Positions 27,645 to 41,901 of a stretch of 64,000 bases of DNA are shown in pieces. Location of the stretch: the NCBI GenBank assembly GCA_963729605.1, contig CAVSNY010000006.1:320001-384000 (forward strand), read 5' to 3'. The position numbers and the translations under genes are program-made. The notes beneath the pieces are model-generated. The model was not told the origin of the DNA and did no database searches. It saw nothing but the letters and a program-made list of their open reading frames with translations. The stretch is from an uncultured Gammaproteobacteria bacterium. GTDB taxonomy: Bacteria > Pseudomonadota > Gammaproteobacteria > DRLM01. Within the stretch, counting starts at the first letter, position 1. Every line of letters begins with the position of its first letter.

Positions 27645-28219
27645 TGGAGAACCAGTATTTGGCGGCCTCCGCGGTCTTTTTGATCAACACGGTATTCGGT
27701 CTGTATTTATTCGCGGTGATGCTGCGGCTGTTGCTGCAATGGGCGCGCGCGGATTTTTACAATCCCATCTCGCAATTCCTGGTGAAGGTCACCAATCCGC
27801 CGCTGCGGCCCTTGCGGCGCATCATCCCCGGTTGGGGCGGTATCGATTTCGCGTCCATATTCTTGCTGATCGTACTGCAAATGCTGGAAATCTTTTTGGC
27901 GAACATGGTGCTGGGCCGCGCCATGCCCTTGAGCGGCTTGTTCGTCACCTCGGTGGCCGAACTGCTCAATCTATTGTTGAACATTTTCCTCATCGCGATC
28001 TTGGTGCAAGTCGTCATGAGCTGGGTCTCGCCGAATACGCATAATCCCGCCACCGTCCTGCTCCATCGTCTCACCGAACCGGTGCTGGCGCCGGCCCGCC
28101 GCATCATCCCGCCCATCTCCGGCGTCGATCTCTCGCCCTTGGTGGTGCTGGTGGTCTTTCAGCTCATCAAATTCCTGCTCATCGCCCCGCTGGTGGACAT
28201 CGGCCATCGCATGGCGTGA
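27644..28219 (+). CDS. yggT: YggT family membrane protein
   Basis: RADFYNPISQF..KVTNP.LRPLRRIIP, LTEP.LAPARRIIPP.SG.DLSP; synteny. Confidence 0.93.
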   Translation: MENQYLAASAVFLINTVFGLYLFAVMLRLLLQWARADFYNPISQFLVKVTNPPLRPLRRIIPGWGGIDFASIFLLIVLQMLEIFLANMVLGRAMPLSGLFVTSVAELLNLLLNIFLIAILVQVVMSWVSPNTHNPATVLLHRLTEPVLAPARRIIPPISGVDLSPLVVLVVFQLIKFLLIAPLVDIGHRMA

Positions 28220-28242
28220 GGAATGAATCTGGAAAGCCATTG

Positions 28243-28316
28243 ACCACGGAGAAACGGGATTCGACCGGCGTACTCGCCCAAGGCCGCCCCGTGCTGATTC
28301 TCCGCGTCCTCCGCGG
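28243..28316. repeat. Degenerate CACGGAG...CTCCGYG inverted repeat element
   Basis: ACCACGGAGAAACGGGA...TTCTCCGCGTCCTCCGCGG; same type as 30914-31014. Confidence 0.5.
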
Positions 28317-28333
28317 CATCTACGATTTTTAGG

Positions 28334-28633
28334 ATGAGCGCGCCCTGGTACCGGTGGGACGGCGACGATTTGATCCTGCATCTTCGCATCCAGCCGCGCG
28401 CGGCTAAAACCGAGCTGGCCGGCCCGCACGGCGATCGTTTGAAGGTTCGGATCACCGCCCCGCCGGTGGACGGCAAGGCCAACGAGGCGCTCATCGCCCT
28501 GTTCGGCGAACTGTGCTGCGTGGCCAAATCCCGCGTCACCCTGCTCGCGGGCGCCGGCGGGCGGGAAAAGTCCCTGCGCATCCACGCACCCCGCCGATTG
28601 CCGGACGGCGTCATCCCCTCCACCCCCTCTTAA
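28334..28633 (+). CDS. yggU: DUF167 (YggU) family protein
   Basis: LRIQPRA, LKVRITAPPVDGKAN, G..GREK; synteny. Confidence 0.92.
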   Translation: MSAPWYRWDGDDLILHLRIQPRAAKTELAGPHGDRLKVRITAPPVDGKANEALIALFGELCCVAKSRVTLLAGAGGREKSLRIHAPRRLPDGVIPSTPS

Positions 28634-28829
28634 ATACCTTTCCTTCTCCTCAACTGGCGGGGGACGGGGCCGATACCCAGGCACGAATCATCGATCGCAC
28701 TCCGGCACCCCGTCACATTGTGATGTTATCGAGCGTGTCCTCGGGTCGCGCGCGCTAAAGGCCGATGAGGAATGACCGATACTCCCTTAGGGATTTGCAT
28801 CCCGCAGTGTCGTCTTGGAGAAGACAAAT

Positions 28830-30848
28830 ATGCTCGCAAGGGTGGATAACGAAGCGGAAAAACAGGGCCATTTCAAGGATCAGATGCGGGCCTACGACCG
28901 CTGGAAGGCCGAGGTCGCCCACGCTATTGAGGAATACAGGCAGTGGCTGGAAGACCACCGCATGGGGACCCCGGAAATCGAACTGCGTATCCACGACAGT
29001 ATCGAAAGTCTGCGCGGCGACCGGCTGGTGATCGCCTTCGTCGCGGAATTTTCGCGCGGCAAGACCGAGCTGATCAACGCGATTTTCTTCTCCGATTATC
29101 AACGCCGCCTGCTGCCTTCCGACGCGGGCCGCACCACCATGTGCCCGACCGAGTTGTTTTACGATCAGCAGAGCGACGAGGCGTATATTCGCCTGCTGCC
29201 CATCGAAACCCGCTTGGAAGACATCAGCATCTCCGAATTCAAGAAGCAGCCCGAACGCTGGACCACCATCTCTCTCGACGTCAATTCACCCGACCAAATG
29301 GCCGAATCGTTGCGCGAGGTGGTCAAGGTCAAACGCGTATCGGTGGACGACGCCAAGAAACTCGGCCTCTACACCGAGGAATTGCACAACCACTTCAAAG
29401 ACGATGACGACATCGTTACCCACTTGGATATCCCGATGTGGCGTCACGCGTTGATCAGTTTCCCGCACCCCTTGTTGCAGCAAGGGCTGTCCATCCTCGA
29501 CACCCCCGGCCTCAACGCCCTCGGCAGCGAGCCGGAACTGACCTTGAGCATGTTGCCCAACGCCCATGCGGTGCTGTTCGTTCTGGCCGCCGACACCGGC
29601 GTGACCCGCAGCGACATGGACATGTGGCAGTTCCACATCAAGACCTACCGCAAAAACGGCCACAAGGGGCTGGTGGCGGCGCTCAACAAGATCGACACCT
29701 TGTGGGACGAGATGAAAAAACCGGAAGAAGTGGACGAGTCGGTCCGTCATCAATGCGCCGAAACCGCGCGGCTGCTGGGCATCGAACCCGGCAGTGTCTT
29801 TCCGGTGTCCGCGCAAAAGGCCCTGGTGGGCAAGATCCGCAAGGACCATGCGCTGCTCGCCAAGAGCCGCTTGTTGGATTTGGAAAGTTATTTGGCGGAT
29901 AAAATTTTACCGGCCAAACAAGTCATCGTCCGCGACACCATCGTCGGCGCCATCGATCAGATGATCTCCGGCTCGCGGCAGATGGTGACTCAACGGCTGG
30001 AGGCGGCGCAAACCCAACTGAGTGAATTGCGTTCCTTGAGCGGACGCAACGCCGACGTCATCACCGGGCTGATGCGCAAGACCCGCGAACGGCAGGCCGC
30101 CTACAATAAAAACATGGAGAGCTTTCAAGCCAGCCGCCGCATCCTGGCGCAACATTCCAAATCCATGCTCGACGCGCTGAGCATCAAGTCCGTCGACGAC
30201 CTGGTGGCGACCACCCGCAAAGACATGGAAGGCAGTTGGACCACCGGCGGCATGAAGGGCGGCATGAAAACCTTCTTCGACGGCGCTCGCGATACCATGC
30301 AACATGTCGGCACCCTCGCCGAACAGACCCAAAACGTGGTGCAGGCGATTTACCGCAAATTTCACGAGGAGCACGGTCTGCCGATCGGCGAGCTCAAGAC
30401 CTATTCGCTAAAAAAATACCGCATCGAACTGGAACGGCTTTACGAAGAGGCGGAAACCTTCCGCAACAGTCCGATCACCACCATGACGGAACAACATTTC
30501 GTCATCAAGAAATTCTTCATCTCATTGGTGAGCCACGTCCGCCATTTATTCATGAAGGCCAATCGCGAGACCGACGCCTGGCTGAAGGGCATTTTGATCC
30601 CGCTGGTGCGGCAGGTGAACGAGAACAAACAACAACTCGATCAGCATCTGGAAACCCTGTGCAAGATCAATGAATCGCGCGACGGACTCGACAGTAAAAT
30701 CCGCGAGCTGGAGAAACGCTGCACCTTGCTGGAACGCGAACGCGACACCCTCAGCCACATCATCGAACGCCTGCACACCCCGCTCCCCGCCGCCGTGCAC
30801 ACGCCGGACGCCGGCGACGAGGCGCGGGTGACGCGCGCGGCGGGCTGA
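28830..30848 (+). CDS. Bacterial dynamin-like GTPase
   Basis: G1 AEFSRGKT, G2 RTTMCPT, G3 DTPG, G4 NKID, PVSA, long helical/coiled-coil C-terminus; GGAG RBS before ATG 28830. Confidence 0.88.
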   Translation: MLARVDNEAEKQGHFKDQMRAYDRWKAEVAHAIEEYRQWLEDHRMGTPEIELRIHDSIESLRGDRLVIAFVAEFSRGKTELINAIFFSDYQRRLLPSDAGRTTMCPTELFYDQQSDEAYIRLLPIETRLEDISISEFKKQPERWTTISLDVNSPDQMAESLREVVKVKRVSVDDAKKLGLYTEELHNHFKDDDDIVTHLDIPMWRHALISFPHPLLQQGLSILDTPGLNALGSEPELTLSMLPNAHAVLFVLAADTGVTRSDMDMWQFHIKTYRKNGHKGLVAALNKIDTLWDEMKKPEEVDESVRHQCAETARLLGIEPGSVFPVSAQKALVGKIRKDHALLAKSRLLDLESYLADKILPAKQVIVRDTIVGAIDQMISGSRQMVTQRLEAAQTQLSELRSLSGRNADVITGLMRKTRERQAAYNKNMESFQASRRILAQHSKSMLDALSIKSVDDLVATTRKDMEGSWTTGGMKGGMKTFFDGARDTMQHVGTLAEQTQNVVQAIYRKFHEEHGLPIGELKTYSLKKYRIELERLYEEAETFRNSPITTMTEQHFVIKKFFISLVSHVRHLFMKANRETDAWLKGILIPLVRQVNENKQQLDQHLETLCKINESRDGLDSKIRELEKRCTLLERERDTLSHIIERLHTPLPAAVHTPDAGDEARVTRAAG

Positions 30849-30913
30849 GTCGAACCCCGCCGCGTTTTCACGGGAACGGTCTATTTAATCGAATTAAATC
30901 AGAACAAAAAATT

Positions 30914-31014
30914 AATCACGGAGGAGCATCGAGGACGCGCCCTGCGTCGAAATCATCCTATAGTGAATGCGCCGCATGCCTCGACAATTCTCATTCTCCG
31001 TGTCCTCCGTGATT
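30914..31014. repeat. Inverted repeat element between convergent genes
   Basis: Perfect 12-bp arms AATCACGGAGGA...TCCTCCGTGATT with inner CTCCGTGTCCTCCGTG. Confidence 0.65.
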
Positions 31015-31102
31015 CGCATCCGCGGGTTTTTAAGTTTAATGCGCGAGACATCAACCGCCACTACGCCGATTCGGCGCTTCACCATTCACCCCGCAAACGC
31101 CG

Positions 31103-31876
31103 TTAAATTTCGCCGTGGTATTCCATGATCAGCGGTGCGTGATCGGAAAACCACTGTTCTTTATAAATCGCCGCCGAGATGATTTTTTCTTTTAGGCGCG
31201 GATTGACCATGTGGTAATCGATGCGCCATCCCACATTTTTTTCCCGGGCGCGGCCGCGATTCGACCACCAGGTGTATTGCTCGGCGGCCTCGTTGACGGC
31301 GCGGAACGCGTCGATCCAGCCGACTTGTTCGAACACATGATCCAGCCAGGCCCGCTCCTCCGGTAAAAAACCGGAGTTCTTTTGATTGGAACGCCAGTTC
31401 TTCAAGTCGATGGGTTTATGCGCGATGTTCCAATCGCCGCAGATGATGTAGTCGCGATCGCTGTCGCGCAATTGTTGCAGCACCGTGAGAAAACGCGCCA
31501 TCACGTCGAACTTCACCGCCTGCCGCTCCGGGCCGCTCGAGCCCGAAGGCAGATACAAGGACACCACGCTGAGATTGCCGAAATCCACTTGCAGGTAACG
31601 GCCCTCGGCATCCACGTCGGGCCAGCCCAGGCCGACCTGCACGCGGTCCGGTTCGCGCCGGCAATAGACCGCCACCCCGCTGTAGCCCTTCTTCTGCGCA
31701 TCGTGGAAATAACCGTAATAACCCGGCGGGCGCAACACCTCGGGCCCGAGCTGATGCACTTGCGCCTTGGTTTCCTGGAGGCAGACCACGTCGGCGTCCT
31801 GCTTGAGCATCCAGTCGAAAAAACCCTTGCCGGCCGCGGAGCGGATCCCGTTCAGATTGGCGGTGATGATCTTCAT
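31103..31876 (-). CDS. xth: Exodeoxyribonuclease III / ExoA-type AP endonuclease
   Basis: MKIITANLNGIR, LQETK, GYSGV, YLPSG, GDWNIAH, YTWWS, GWRIDY, SDHAP. Confidence 0.92.
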   Translation of the reverse strand: MKIITANLNGIRSAAGKGFFDWMLKQDADVVCLQETKAQVHQLGPEVLRPPGYYGYFHDAQKKGYSGVAVYCRREPDRVQVGLGWPDVDAEGRYLQVDFGNLSVVSLYLPSGSSGPERQAVKFDVMARFLTVLQQLRDSDRDYIICGDWNIAHKPIDLKNWRSNQKNSGFLPEERAWLDHVFEQVGWIDAFRAVNEAAEQYTWWSNRGRAREKNVGWRIDYHMVNPRLKEKIISAAIYKEQWFSDHAPLIMEYHGEI

Positions 31877-31980
31877 AAAACTGTTCCGTGGGCGGTGACA
31901 AAGCCGGCGAGTGTAACAAAAACGTATCCGGCCGGGCGCGGCGCGTTTCCCTCGCGAGAAGGAATCGTTACAATGACGCC

Positions 31981-32622
31981 ATGCTGCCATATCAAAAAGA
32001 ATTCATCGAGTTCGCGATCCGCCATCACGTCCTGCGCTTCGGCGAGTTCACCCTCAAGTCCGGACGCCTGAGTCCCTATTTCTTCAACACCGGCCTGTTC
32101 AACAGCGGCGCCAGCATCGCCAGGCTGGGGCGTTATTACGCCGAGACCGTGGTCCGCGCCGGCCTGCCTTTCGACATGGTGTTCGGCCCCGCCTACAAAG
32201 GCGTGCCGCTGGCGGTGGCCACCACCATCGCCCTCGCCGAACTCCATGGCCGCGACCTGCCCTACGCCTTCAACCGCAAAGAGGCCAAGGACCACGGCGA
32301 AGGCGGGATGACCGTGGGTGCGCCGCTCGCCGGCCGGGTCCTGATCGTCGACGACGTGATCTCCGCCGGCTTGTCGGTGGGGGAATCCATCGCGCTGATC
32401 CGCGCCGCGGGCGCCGAACCGGCGGCGGTGGTGGTGGCCCTCGACCGGCAGGAACGCAGCCAGGGCACGCTCTCGGCCATACAGGAAGTGGCGCAGCGCC
32501 ACGGCATTCCCGTGCTCAGCATCATCAGCCTGGACGACATCGTCGCCTGTCTGAGCGAGACGCCGGACATGGAACCCGCGGTGCGGGCGATCCGCGGTTA
32601 CCGCGAGCGTTATGGCGTCTAA
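31981..32622 (+). CDS. pyrE: Orotate phosphoribosyltransferase
   Basis: [44 protein letters not shown]. Confidence 0.97.
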   Translation: MLPYQKEFIEFAIRHHVLRFGEFTLKSGRLSPYFFNTGLFNSGASIARLGRYYAETVVRAGLPFDMVFGPAYKGVPLAVATTIALAELHGRDLPYAFNRKEAKDHGEGGMTVGAPLAGRVLIVDDVISAGLSVGESIALIRAAGAEPAAVVVALDRQERSQGTLSAIQEVAQRHGIPVLSIISLDDIVACLSETPDMEPAVRAIRGYRERYGV

Positions 32623-32647
32623 GGCGGCGCGGGGCGCCCCGCGCCGC

Positions 32648-33403
32648 TCAGAAAAAGATCAAGCTCAACCCGACCAATATCGAGATCACCTCGTAAGCGG
32701 TTTTGATCCAGCGGCTGCCTTTGGCGATCGCCAAATGGGCGCCCAGATAACCGCCCAGGAAAGACCCCAATACCAAAGCCGGCAGCCACGACCAGCGTAT
32801 CTCGCTCAGCAAGCCCAAGGTCAGGGCGCCGCCGCCGTTCCAAAAGATGCCGACCAGCACCAGGGTAAACGCCACCGCCCGCTTGTAATCCAAACCGAAC
32901 CATTGCACCAGCCAGATCGTCACGAACAGGCCGGTGCCGGAGGTGAGCGATCCGTTGAGCACCCCTATAATGAACAGGCCCGCGCCGCCCGCGACATACC
33001 CGCCCGGCGTGCGATGGCGCGGCGCATGGACCAGTCCCAATTGGGGACGCAGATAGGAATAAATGCCCAGCCCGATGGTCAAAACGCCGAGGGCGGTGCG
33101 GGCCAGTTGGTCGGGTACTTGCAAAATCAGGCTGGCGCCCAACACCACCCCGGGTATACCCGTAGCGAGCATGAACAAGGAGAAGCCCAGGCTCAGCCCG
33201 CCTTCCCTTAAGTGTCGCGTCGTGGCGCCGATACCCAATGCGACGCTGGCCACTTTGTGAGTAGCCAGCGCCACCCCGAAAGGAAGCCCGAGCAAAAGGA
33301 GGGCCGGCAACTGGATCAGCCCCGCACCACCCCCCGCGAACGCGGAAAACAGGTTGGCCACCAAGGAAATGACGAAGAGTATGATCTGTATATTCCAATC
33401 CAT
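32648..33403 (-). CDS. TauE/SafE (TSUP) family membrane protein
   Basis: GGGAGLIQLP, ALATHK, about eight hydrophobic helices, GSFLGGYLGA. Confidence 0.85.
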   Translation of the reverse strand: MDWNIQIILFVISLVANLFSAFAGGGAGLIQLPALLLLGLPFGVALATHKVASVALGIGATTRHLREGGLSLGFSLFMLATGIPGVVLGASLILQVPDQLARTALGVLTIGLGIYSYLRPQLGLVHAPRHRTPGGYVAGGAGLFIIGVLNGSLTSGTGLFVTIWLVQWFGLDYKRAVAFTLVLVGIFWNGGGALTLGLLSEIRWSWLPALVLGSFLGGYLGAHLAIAKGSRWIKTAYEVISILVGLSLIFF

Positions 33404-33486
33404 GGCTCAGGGCACTCGCGGCATTCTCGGCGGCTCATCTTCTCTTGGCGTGTATTGCGCACGCAACGGTAATATCATGGCGGCCG

Positions 33487-34125
33487 ATGATCATGCATAA
33501 GTGGCTACTGACAGTGTGTCTCTTGAGCGGCGTGGCGGTGCAATCCGCGCAGGCGGCCCCCTCGGCCCCGTCCGGCACCTACCGCTGGGTGGACGAACAA
33601 GGCCGGGTTCACTACAGCGATCAGATCCCCCCCAATCAAGCCGACCGCGCTTACAAAATCATCAACCCGCGCGGCGTCACGGTAAAAAGCGTCGAGCAGG
33701 CCAAGACCCCGGAAGAACTCGCCGAAGAACAACGCCTCAAAGACCTCAAGGAAGAAGAAACGCGTCGGGCCAAGGATCGCGCCATGCAGGACCGCATCCT
33801 GCTGGACACCTACACCACCGAACACGATTTGATCGAGACCCGCGACCGCCACGTCGCCACCCTGGACGGGCTCATCGACGTCTCGCAACACAAACTGTCC
33901 AACCTCAGCCAGGAAGAACAGAAACTCACCAAGGTCGCGGCCCGCCTGGAACGCCAAGGCAAACCGGTGCCGGGCGAACTGCGCGGCGATATCGCCGCGG
34001 TACAAAGTCAGATCGAACGGGAACGGAGTTTCATCCGCGCGCAACGCGCCCAGCAAGAAGAGATCCGCGGCAAATTCGCCGCCGACCTAGCCCGTTACAA
34101 AGAGTTAAAATCCGCGCAAAAGTGA
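33487..34125 (+). CDS. DUF4124-domain exported coiled-coil protein
   Basis: Signal peptide ending AQA, YRWVDEQGRVHYSDQIPP, DRILLDTY, coiled-coil tail. Confidence 0.85.
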   Translation: MIMHKWLLTVCLLSGVAVQSAQAAPSAPSGTYRWVDEQGRVHYSDQIPPNQADRAYKIINPRGVTVKSVEQAKTPEELAEEQRLKDLKEEETRRAKDRAMQDRILLDTYTTEHDLIETRDRHVATLDGLIDVSQHKLSNLSQEEQKLTKVAARLERQGKPVPGELRGDIAAVQSQIERERSFIRAQRAQQEEIRGKFAADLARYKELKSAQK

Positions 34126-34137
34126 ACGGACCGCCGT

Positions 34138-37616
<3,479 letters not shown>

Positions 37617-37673
37617 GAAAACGCGATGCCTTGTTAAAATTATCCGGATCTACCCAAATCACACGCCAGCCGT

Positions 37674-38129
37674 TCAGTGCCGGCCGGAGTGGCCGAAGCC
37701 GCCCGCGCCGCGCCGGCTGGCGTCAAAGTCGTCCACCACTTCAAAAGTCGCTTGAATCACCGGCACGAACACCATTTGCGCGATGCGCTCCCCGACATTG
37801 ATCACGAAGGGTACCGAGCCGCGGTTCCAGCACGAAACGAACACCTGTCCCTGATAATCGGAGTCGATCAAACCCACTAGATTTCCCAACACGATACCAT
37901 GCTTATGGCCCAGTCCGGAGCGGGGCAGCAAGACCGCCGCCACGCCTTTATCGGCCACATGCAAGGCGATTCCAGTGGGGATCAATTGCGTCTCGCCCGG
38001 TTGCAATTCCAAGGGCGCGGTGAGACAGGCCCGAAGATCCATGCCCGCCGCGCCCTCGGTGGCGTATTGGGGCAAGGGGAATTCCTTGCCGATCCGGGCA
38101 TCGAGTATTTTAACTTGGATGTTGCGCAT
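37674..38129 (-). CDS. dut: dUTP pyrophosphatase
   Basis: [36 protein letters not shown]. Confidence 0.97.
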   Translation of the reverse strand: MRNIQVKILDARIGKEFPLPQYATEGAAGMDLRACLTAPLELQPGETQLIPTGIALHVADKGVAAVLLPRSGLGHKHGIVLGNLVGLIDSDYQGQVFVSCWNRGSVPFVINVGERIAQMVFVPVIQATFEVVDDFDASRRGAGGFGHSGRH

Positions 38130-39315
38130 GATATCGCTCGGCTATTAACGAAATGAGTTGACGGGCCAAGGCGGGTTTGCCGGCGGCGGGCCAGTCGACG
38201 CTGCCGCCCCGCCACAGTACCGTGAGGGCGTTGTCATCGCTGTCAAACCCGAGGCCGGGACGGCCCACCCAATTGGCGGCCACCATATCCAGATTTTTGG
38301 CATGCAGTTTTTCTTGGGCGTGTTCGAGCAGTGCTTCGGTCTCCGCCGCGAAGGCCACGGTAAACGGGCGGGGCGAACGGCTCGCTACCAACGCGACGAT
38401 ATCGGTAGTGCGCTCCAGCTCCAAACTCATGCGGGACTCTTTCTTTTTTATTTTGTGCGGTGCGGACGCGGTAGTGTAATCCGCCACCGCCGCCGCGCCA
38501 ATGAAGATATCCGCCTCCGCCACCCGCGCCGCCACCGCGGCATGCATCTCCGCGGCGCTCTCCACGGCCACCCGCTCCACCCGCGATGGCACGGCCAGGG
38601 CGGTAGGGCCGCTCACCAGCACCACCCGCGCGCCGGCCTCCTGGGCGGCCTGGGCGACGGCGTAGCCCATCTTGCCGGAGCTGCGATTGCTGATGAAACG
38701 CACCGGGTCGATGGCCTCGCGGGTCGGCCCCGCCGTCACCAGCACCGTCTTGCCCTGCAAGATGCCGGTGACGAACAATTCCGCGATCGCCGCGGCGATG
38801 GCCGGCGGCTCCAGCAGGCGGCCGGGCCCGGTCTCGCCGCAGGCCTGGCCGCCGTCGGCGGGACCGAGCAGGCGCACACCGCGTTCGCGCAACAAGCGGC
38901 CGTTGGCCTGAGTCGCCGGGTTTTCCCACATCGCCGAATTCATCGCCGGCGCCAGCAGCAAAGGGGCCCGGCTGGCGAGACACAGGGTGCTCAACAAATC
39001 GCCTGCCAAGCCGTGAGCGAGCTTGGCCATGAAATCCGCGCTGGCCGGCGCCACCACCACCGCATCCGCCCACCGGGCCAGGGCGATGTGCCCCATCGCG
39101 CTTTCCTCGGCCGCGTCCAGCAGCTCGACATGCACCGGCTGCCCGGACAGCGCTTGCAAGGTGAGCGGGGTGATGAATTGGGTCGCCGCCGGGGTCATGA
39201 CCACCCGCACCTCGGCGCCGGCCTCTTTTAAGCGCCGCACCAGCTCGGCGCCTTTATAGGCCGCGATGCCGCCGGTGATGCCGACCACGATCCGCTTGTT
39301 GACCAATTGATCCAT
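38110..39315 (-). CDS. coaBC: Phosphopantothenoylcysteine decarboxylase/ligase
   Basis: [50 protein letters not shown]. Confidence 0.97.
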   Translation of the reverse strand: MDQLVNKRIVVGITGGIAAYKGAELVRRLKEAGAEVRVVMTPAATQFITPLTLQALSGQPVHVELLDAAEESAMGHIALARWADAVVVAPASADFMAKLAHGLAGDLLSTLCLASRAPLLLAPAMNSAMWENPATQANGRLLRERGVRLLGPADGGQACGETGPGRLLEPPAIAAAIAELFVTGILQGKTVLVTAGPTREAIDPVRFISNRSSGKMGYAVAQAAQEAGARVVLVSGPTALAVPSRVERVAVESAAEMHAAVAARVAEADIFIGAAAVADYTTASAPHKIKKKESRMSLELERTTDIVALVASRSPRPFTVAFAAETEALLEHAQEKLHAKNLDMVAANWVGRPGLGFDSDDNALTVLWRGGSVDWPAAGKPALARQLISLIAERYHAQHPS

Positions 39316-39418
39316 GCGCTACATTCTGAGTCCGGGTAAAGGGCGATAAAAATAACAGATTCGCCACTCGTTTTACCATTGAGCTGTTGGGGGCTGGGTG
39401 GCGTCAGGGAGAACCGCT

Positions 39419-40093
39419 ATGGCCATTACCGATTGGCCCATCGAGGAACGTCCAAGGGAAAAACTGCTGCAACGCGGCCCCCAATCGCTTTCAGACGCGG
39501 AGCTGTTGGCCATTTTTCTGCGCACCGGGGTGCGTGGCAAAACCGCGGTGGACCTCGCCCGCGATCTATTGACTGAATACGGCGGTCTGCGCGCCCTGCT
39601 GGAGGCAGGCCAGCCGCGCTTCTGCGAGGGCAATGGATTGGGCGAGGCCAAATACGCGCAATTGCAGGCGGTGCTGGAAATGGGCCGCCGCCACCTCTTC
39701 GATACCCTCAAGCGAGGCGACGCCCTGGGCAACCCGGACGACACCCGGCGTTTTTTACAGGCTCGGCTCCGCCACTATCCCTACGAGGTATTCGCCTGCC
39801 TGTTCCTCGACAACCGCCATCGGGTCATCGAATTCCAGGAACTGTTCCGCGGCACCATCGACGGCGCCAGCGTCTATCCGAGGGAAGTGGTGCGCCAGGC
39901 CCTGACCGTCAACGCGGCGGCGGTCATTTTCGCCCACAACCATCCGTCCGGGGTAGCCGAACCCAGCAACGCCGACTACCAACTCACCCGCCGCCTGCGG
40001 GAGGCCTTGGGCTTGGTGGATATCCGGGTGCTGGACCACTTGGTAATCGGCGACGGTCAAACCGTTTCCCTCGCCGAACGGGGTGAACTATAA
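39419..40093 (+). CDS. radC: RadC/JAB-domain protein
   Basis: [35 protein letters not shown]; coaBC-radC-rpmB synteny. Confidence 0.95.
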   Translation: MAITDWPIEERPREKLLQRGPQSLSDAELLAIFLRTGVRGKTAVDLARDLLTEYGGLRALLEAGQPRFCEGNGLGEAKYAQLQAVLEMGRRHLFDTLKRGDALGNPDDTRRFLQARLRHYPYEVFACLFLDNRHRVIEFQELFRGTIDGASVYPREVVRQALTVNAAAVIFAHNHPSGVAEPSNADYQLTRRLREALGLVDIRVLDHLVIGDGQTVSLAERGEL

Positions 40094-40201
40094 CCACCCC
40101 ATTCGCCCTGTTGTCCTTGCAATGGGCGGCCGACACTGGTATAAATTCGCGCTTTGCCGCCGCCGGTCGCGGCGTGTGGGTATTTGAGGAGGTTTAGCAT
40201 C

Positions 40202-40438
40202 ATGGCCAGAGTGTGCCAGATTACGGGCAAGCGGCCCATTACGGGAAACAATGTTTCTCACGCCAACAACAAGACGAAACGTCGCTTTCTGCCCAATCTT
40301 CATACCCATCGTTTTTGGGTGGAGAGTGAAAATCGCTTCGTAAGCCTGCGGATTTCCTGCAAGGGGATGCGCATTATCGACAAACGCGGTATCGACGCCG
40401 TGTTGGTGGATATCCGCGACCGCGGCGAGAAGGTCTAA
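40202..40438 (+). CDS. rpmB: 50S ribosomal protein L28
   Basis: [33 protein letters not shown]. Confidence 0.98.
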   Translation: MARVCQITGKRPITGNNVSHANNKTKRRFLPNLHTHRFWVESENRFVSLRISCKGMRIIDKRGIDAVLVDIRDRGEKV

Positions 40439-40458
40439 GGTTTTAAGGAGTTTTCGCC

Positions 40459-40614
40459 ATGCGTGAAAAAATCAAGCTCGTCTCCAGCGCCAACACCGGC
40501 CATTTCTACACCACCATCAAGAACAAGCGGAATACGCCCGACAAGATGGAAATGATGAAATACGATCCGGTGGTGCGCAAACACGTTGCCTACAAAGAAA
40601 GCAAGATCAAATAA
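40459..40614 (+). CDS. rpmG: 50S ribosomal protein L33
   Basis: Not in the ORF track. [51 protein letters not shown]; AAGGAG RBS. Confidence 0.98.
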   Translation: MREKIKLVSSANTGHFYTTIKNKRNTPDKMEMMKYDPVVRKHVAYKESKIK

Positions 40615-40631
40615 TCCGAGCTTGCCCAGTA

Positions 40632-40668
40632 CCATAAAAAAACCCGCCGACGGCGGGTTTTTTTATGG
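40632..40668. terminator. Bidirectional intrinsic terminator between rpmG and desA
   Basis: CCATAAAAAAACCCGCCG-A-CGGCGGGTTTTTTTATGG palindrome with A and T tracts on each side. Confidence 0.9.
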
Positions 40669-40719
40669 GTTGCCGCGACTCCATCCTTGAAGCCGCGGCA
40701 CTCTCCGTCCGAAACGAAC

Positions 40720-41901
40720 TTATGCCGTCGTCGACTGCAAGGTGTACCCCTTCAAGGAACGGGCGAAGTCCTGCAACCCTTTGATGCCGGTTTCCTCGGC
40801 CTGCTTACACCATTCCTGAAGGTGGACCAGCAAGCTGTCTTGCGAGGTGTGGGAACGCTGCCACAAATCCTGCAAACGGGTCTTGTATTCGTAGACCGTG
40901 CTCAAGGCCGGACTGCGGTTCAAGGCCGCCTGTAACTGAACCTTATCCTCCTCGTCCATCACGGCATCGCCGCGCACCAAGGTGGTTTTCGCCCGTTTCA
41001 GCAAACTGCGGCAACCCGTATCGGCCTTGTACGCCTCTTCGCGCAACACCGGCACCACCACGTCTTTGGCGTAATGCGACAATACGTGCAGACGATTCAC
41101 CAAAATCGCCTTCACCGTTTCCATATCCACCGCGTGTTTGCTGGGATTGATCACGGGTTCCGGCGCTACTTTCTTCACCTTGGCCAAACCGAGGATCTCG
41201 AAACTGCGGATATAGAACCAACCGATATCGAACTCCCAGGGCTTGGAAGAGAGCTTGGCCGAGCTCGGGAAGGCATGGTGGTTGTTATGCAACTCTTCGC
41301 CGCCGATGATGATGCCCCAAGGCGAGATATTAGTAGCGGCATCCGGGCTTTCATAATTACGGTAACCCCAGAAGTGGCCAATCCCATTGACGATGCCCGC
41401 CGCGAAAATCGGGATCCACAACATCTGCACCGCCCAGATGGTCAGACCGATGGGTCCGAACAAGAGCAGGTTTATGCTCAACATCACGCCGATGCCTATC
41501 TTGCTGCTGCCGGTGTAGACGTGCCGTTCCAGCCAATCATCGGGCGTGCCGCGACCGTATTTTTCCAGGGTTTCGGCGTTGCGCGACTCTCTCCGATAAA
41601 GCTCGGCGCCTTCCAAGAGCAATTTACGCAAACCAAAGATTTGCGGGCTATGGGGATCTTCTTCGGTTTCACAGCGGGCGTGATGTTTACGATGCACCGC
41701 CGTCCATTCCTTGGTCACCATGCCCGTGGTCAACCACAACCAGAAACGGAAGAAATGACTTACTACCGGATGCAACTCCAAGGAGCGATGAGCCTGATGG
41801 CGGTGCAAATAAATAGTGACGGCGGCGATCGTGACGTGGGTCAGACCCAAGGCCACCAACACATAACCCCACCAGGATAAATCCAACAATCCGTTCAACA
41901 T
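40720..41901 (-). CDS. desA: Delta-9 acyl-lipid fatty acid desaturase
   Basis: His boxes HRHQAH, HRKHH, HNNHH; GEELHNNHH, WEFDIGW; C-terminal helical extension. Confidence 0.92.
   Translation of the reverse strand: MLNGLLDLSWWGYVLVALGLTHVTIAAVTIYLHRHQAHRSLELHPVVSHFFRFWLWLTTGMVTKEWTAVHRKHHARCETEEDPHSPQIFGLRKLLLEGAELYRRESRNAETLEKYGRGTPDDWLERHVYTGSSKIGIGVMLSINLLLFGPIGLTIWAVQMLWIPIFAAGIVNGIGHFWGYRNYESPDAATNISPWGIIIGGEELHNNHHAFPSSAKLSSKPWEFDIGWFYIRSFEILGLAKVKKVAPEPVINPSKHAVDMETVKAILVNRLHVLSHYAKDVVVPVLREEAYKADTGCRSLLKRAKTTLVRGDAVMDEEDKVQLQAALNRSPALSTVYEYKTRLQDLWQRSHTSQDSLLVHLQEWCKQAEETGIKGLQDFARSLKGYTLQSTTA

Noticed and set aside
26587-28044. 485-aa ProC with long extensions or a proC-yggT fusion
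   Set aside because: Produced by an upstream open frame plus the G5 frameshift.
39419-40093. radC as a mobile-element or anti-defence marker
   Set aside because: Full-length chromosomal type in the conserved coaBC-radC-rpmBG context.
41000-41901. desA C-terminal extension as a transposase remnant
   Set aside because: The helical tail is a usual part of proteobacterial DesA-type desaturases; no IS ends nearby.
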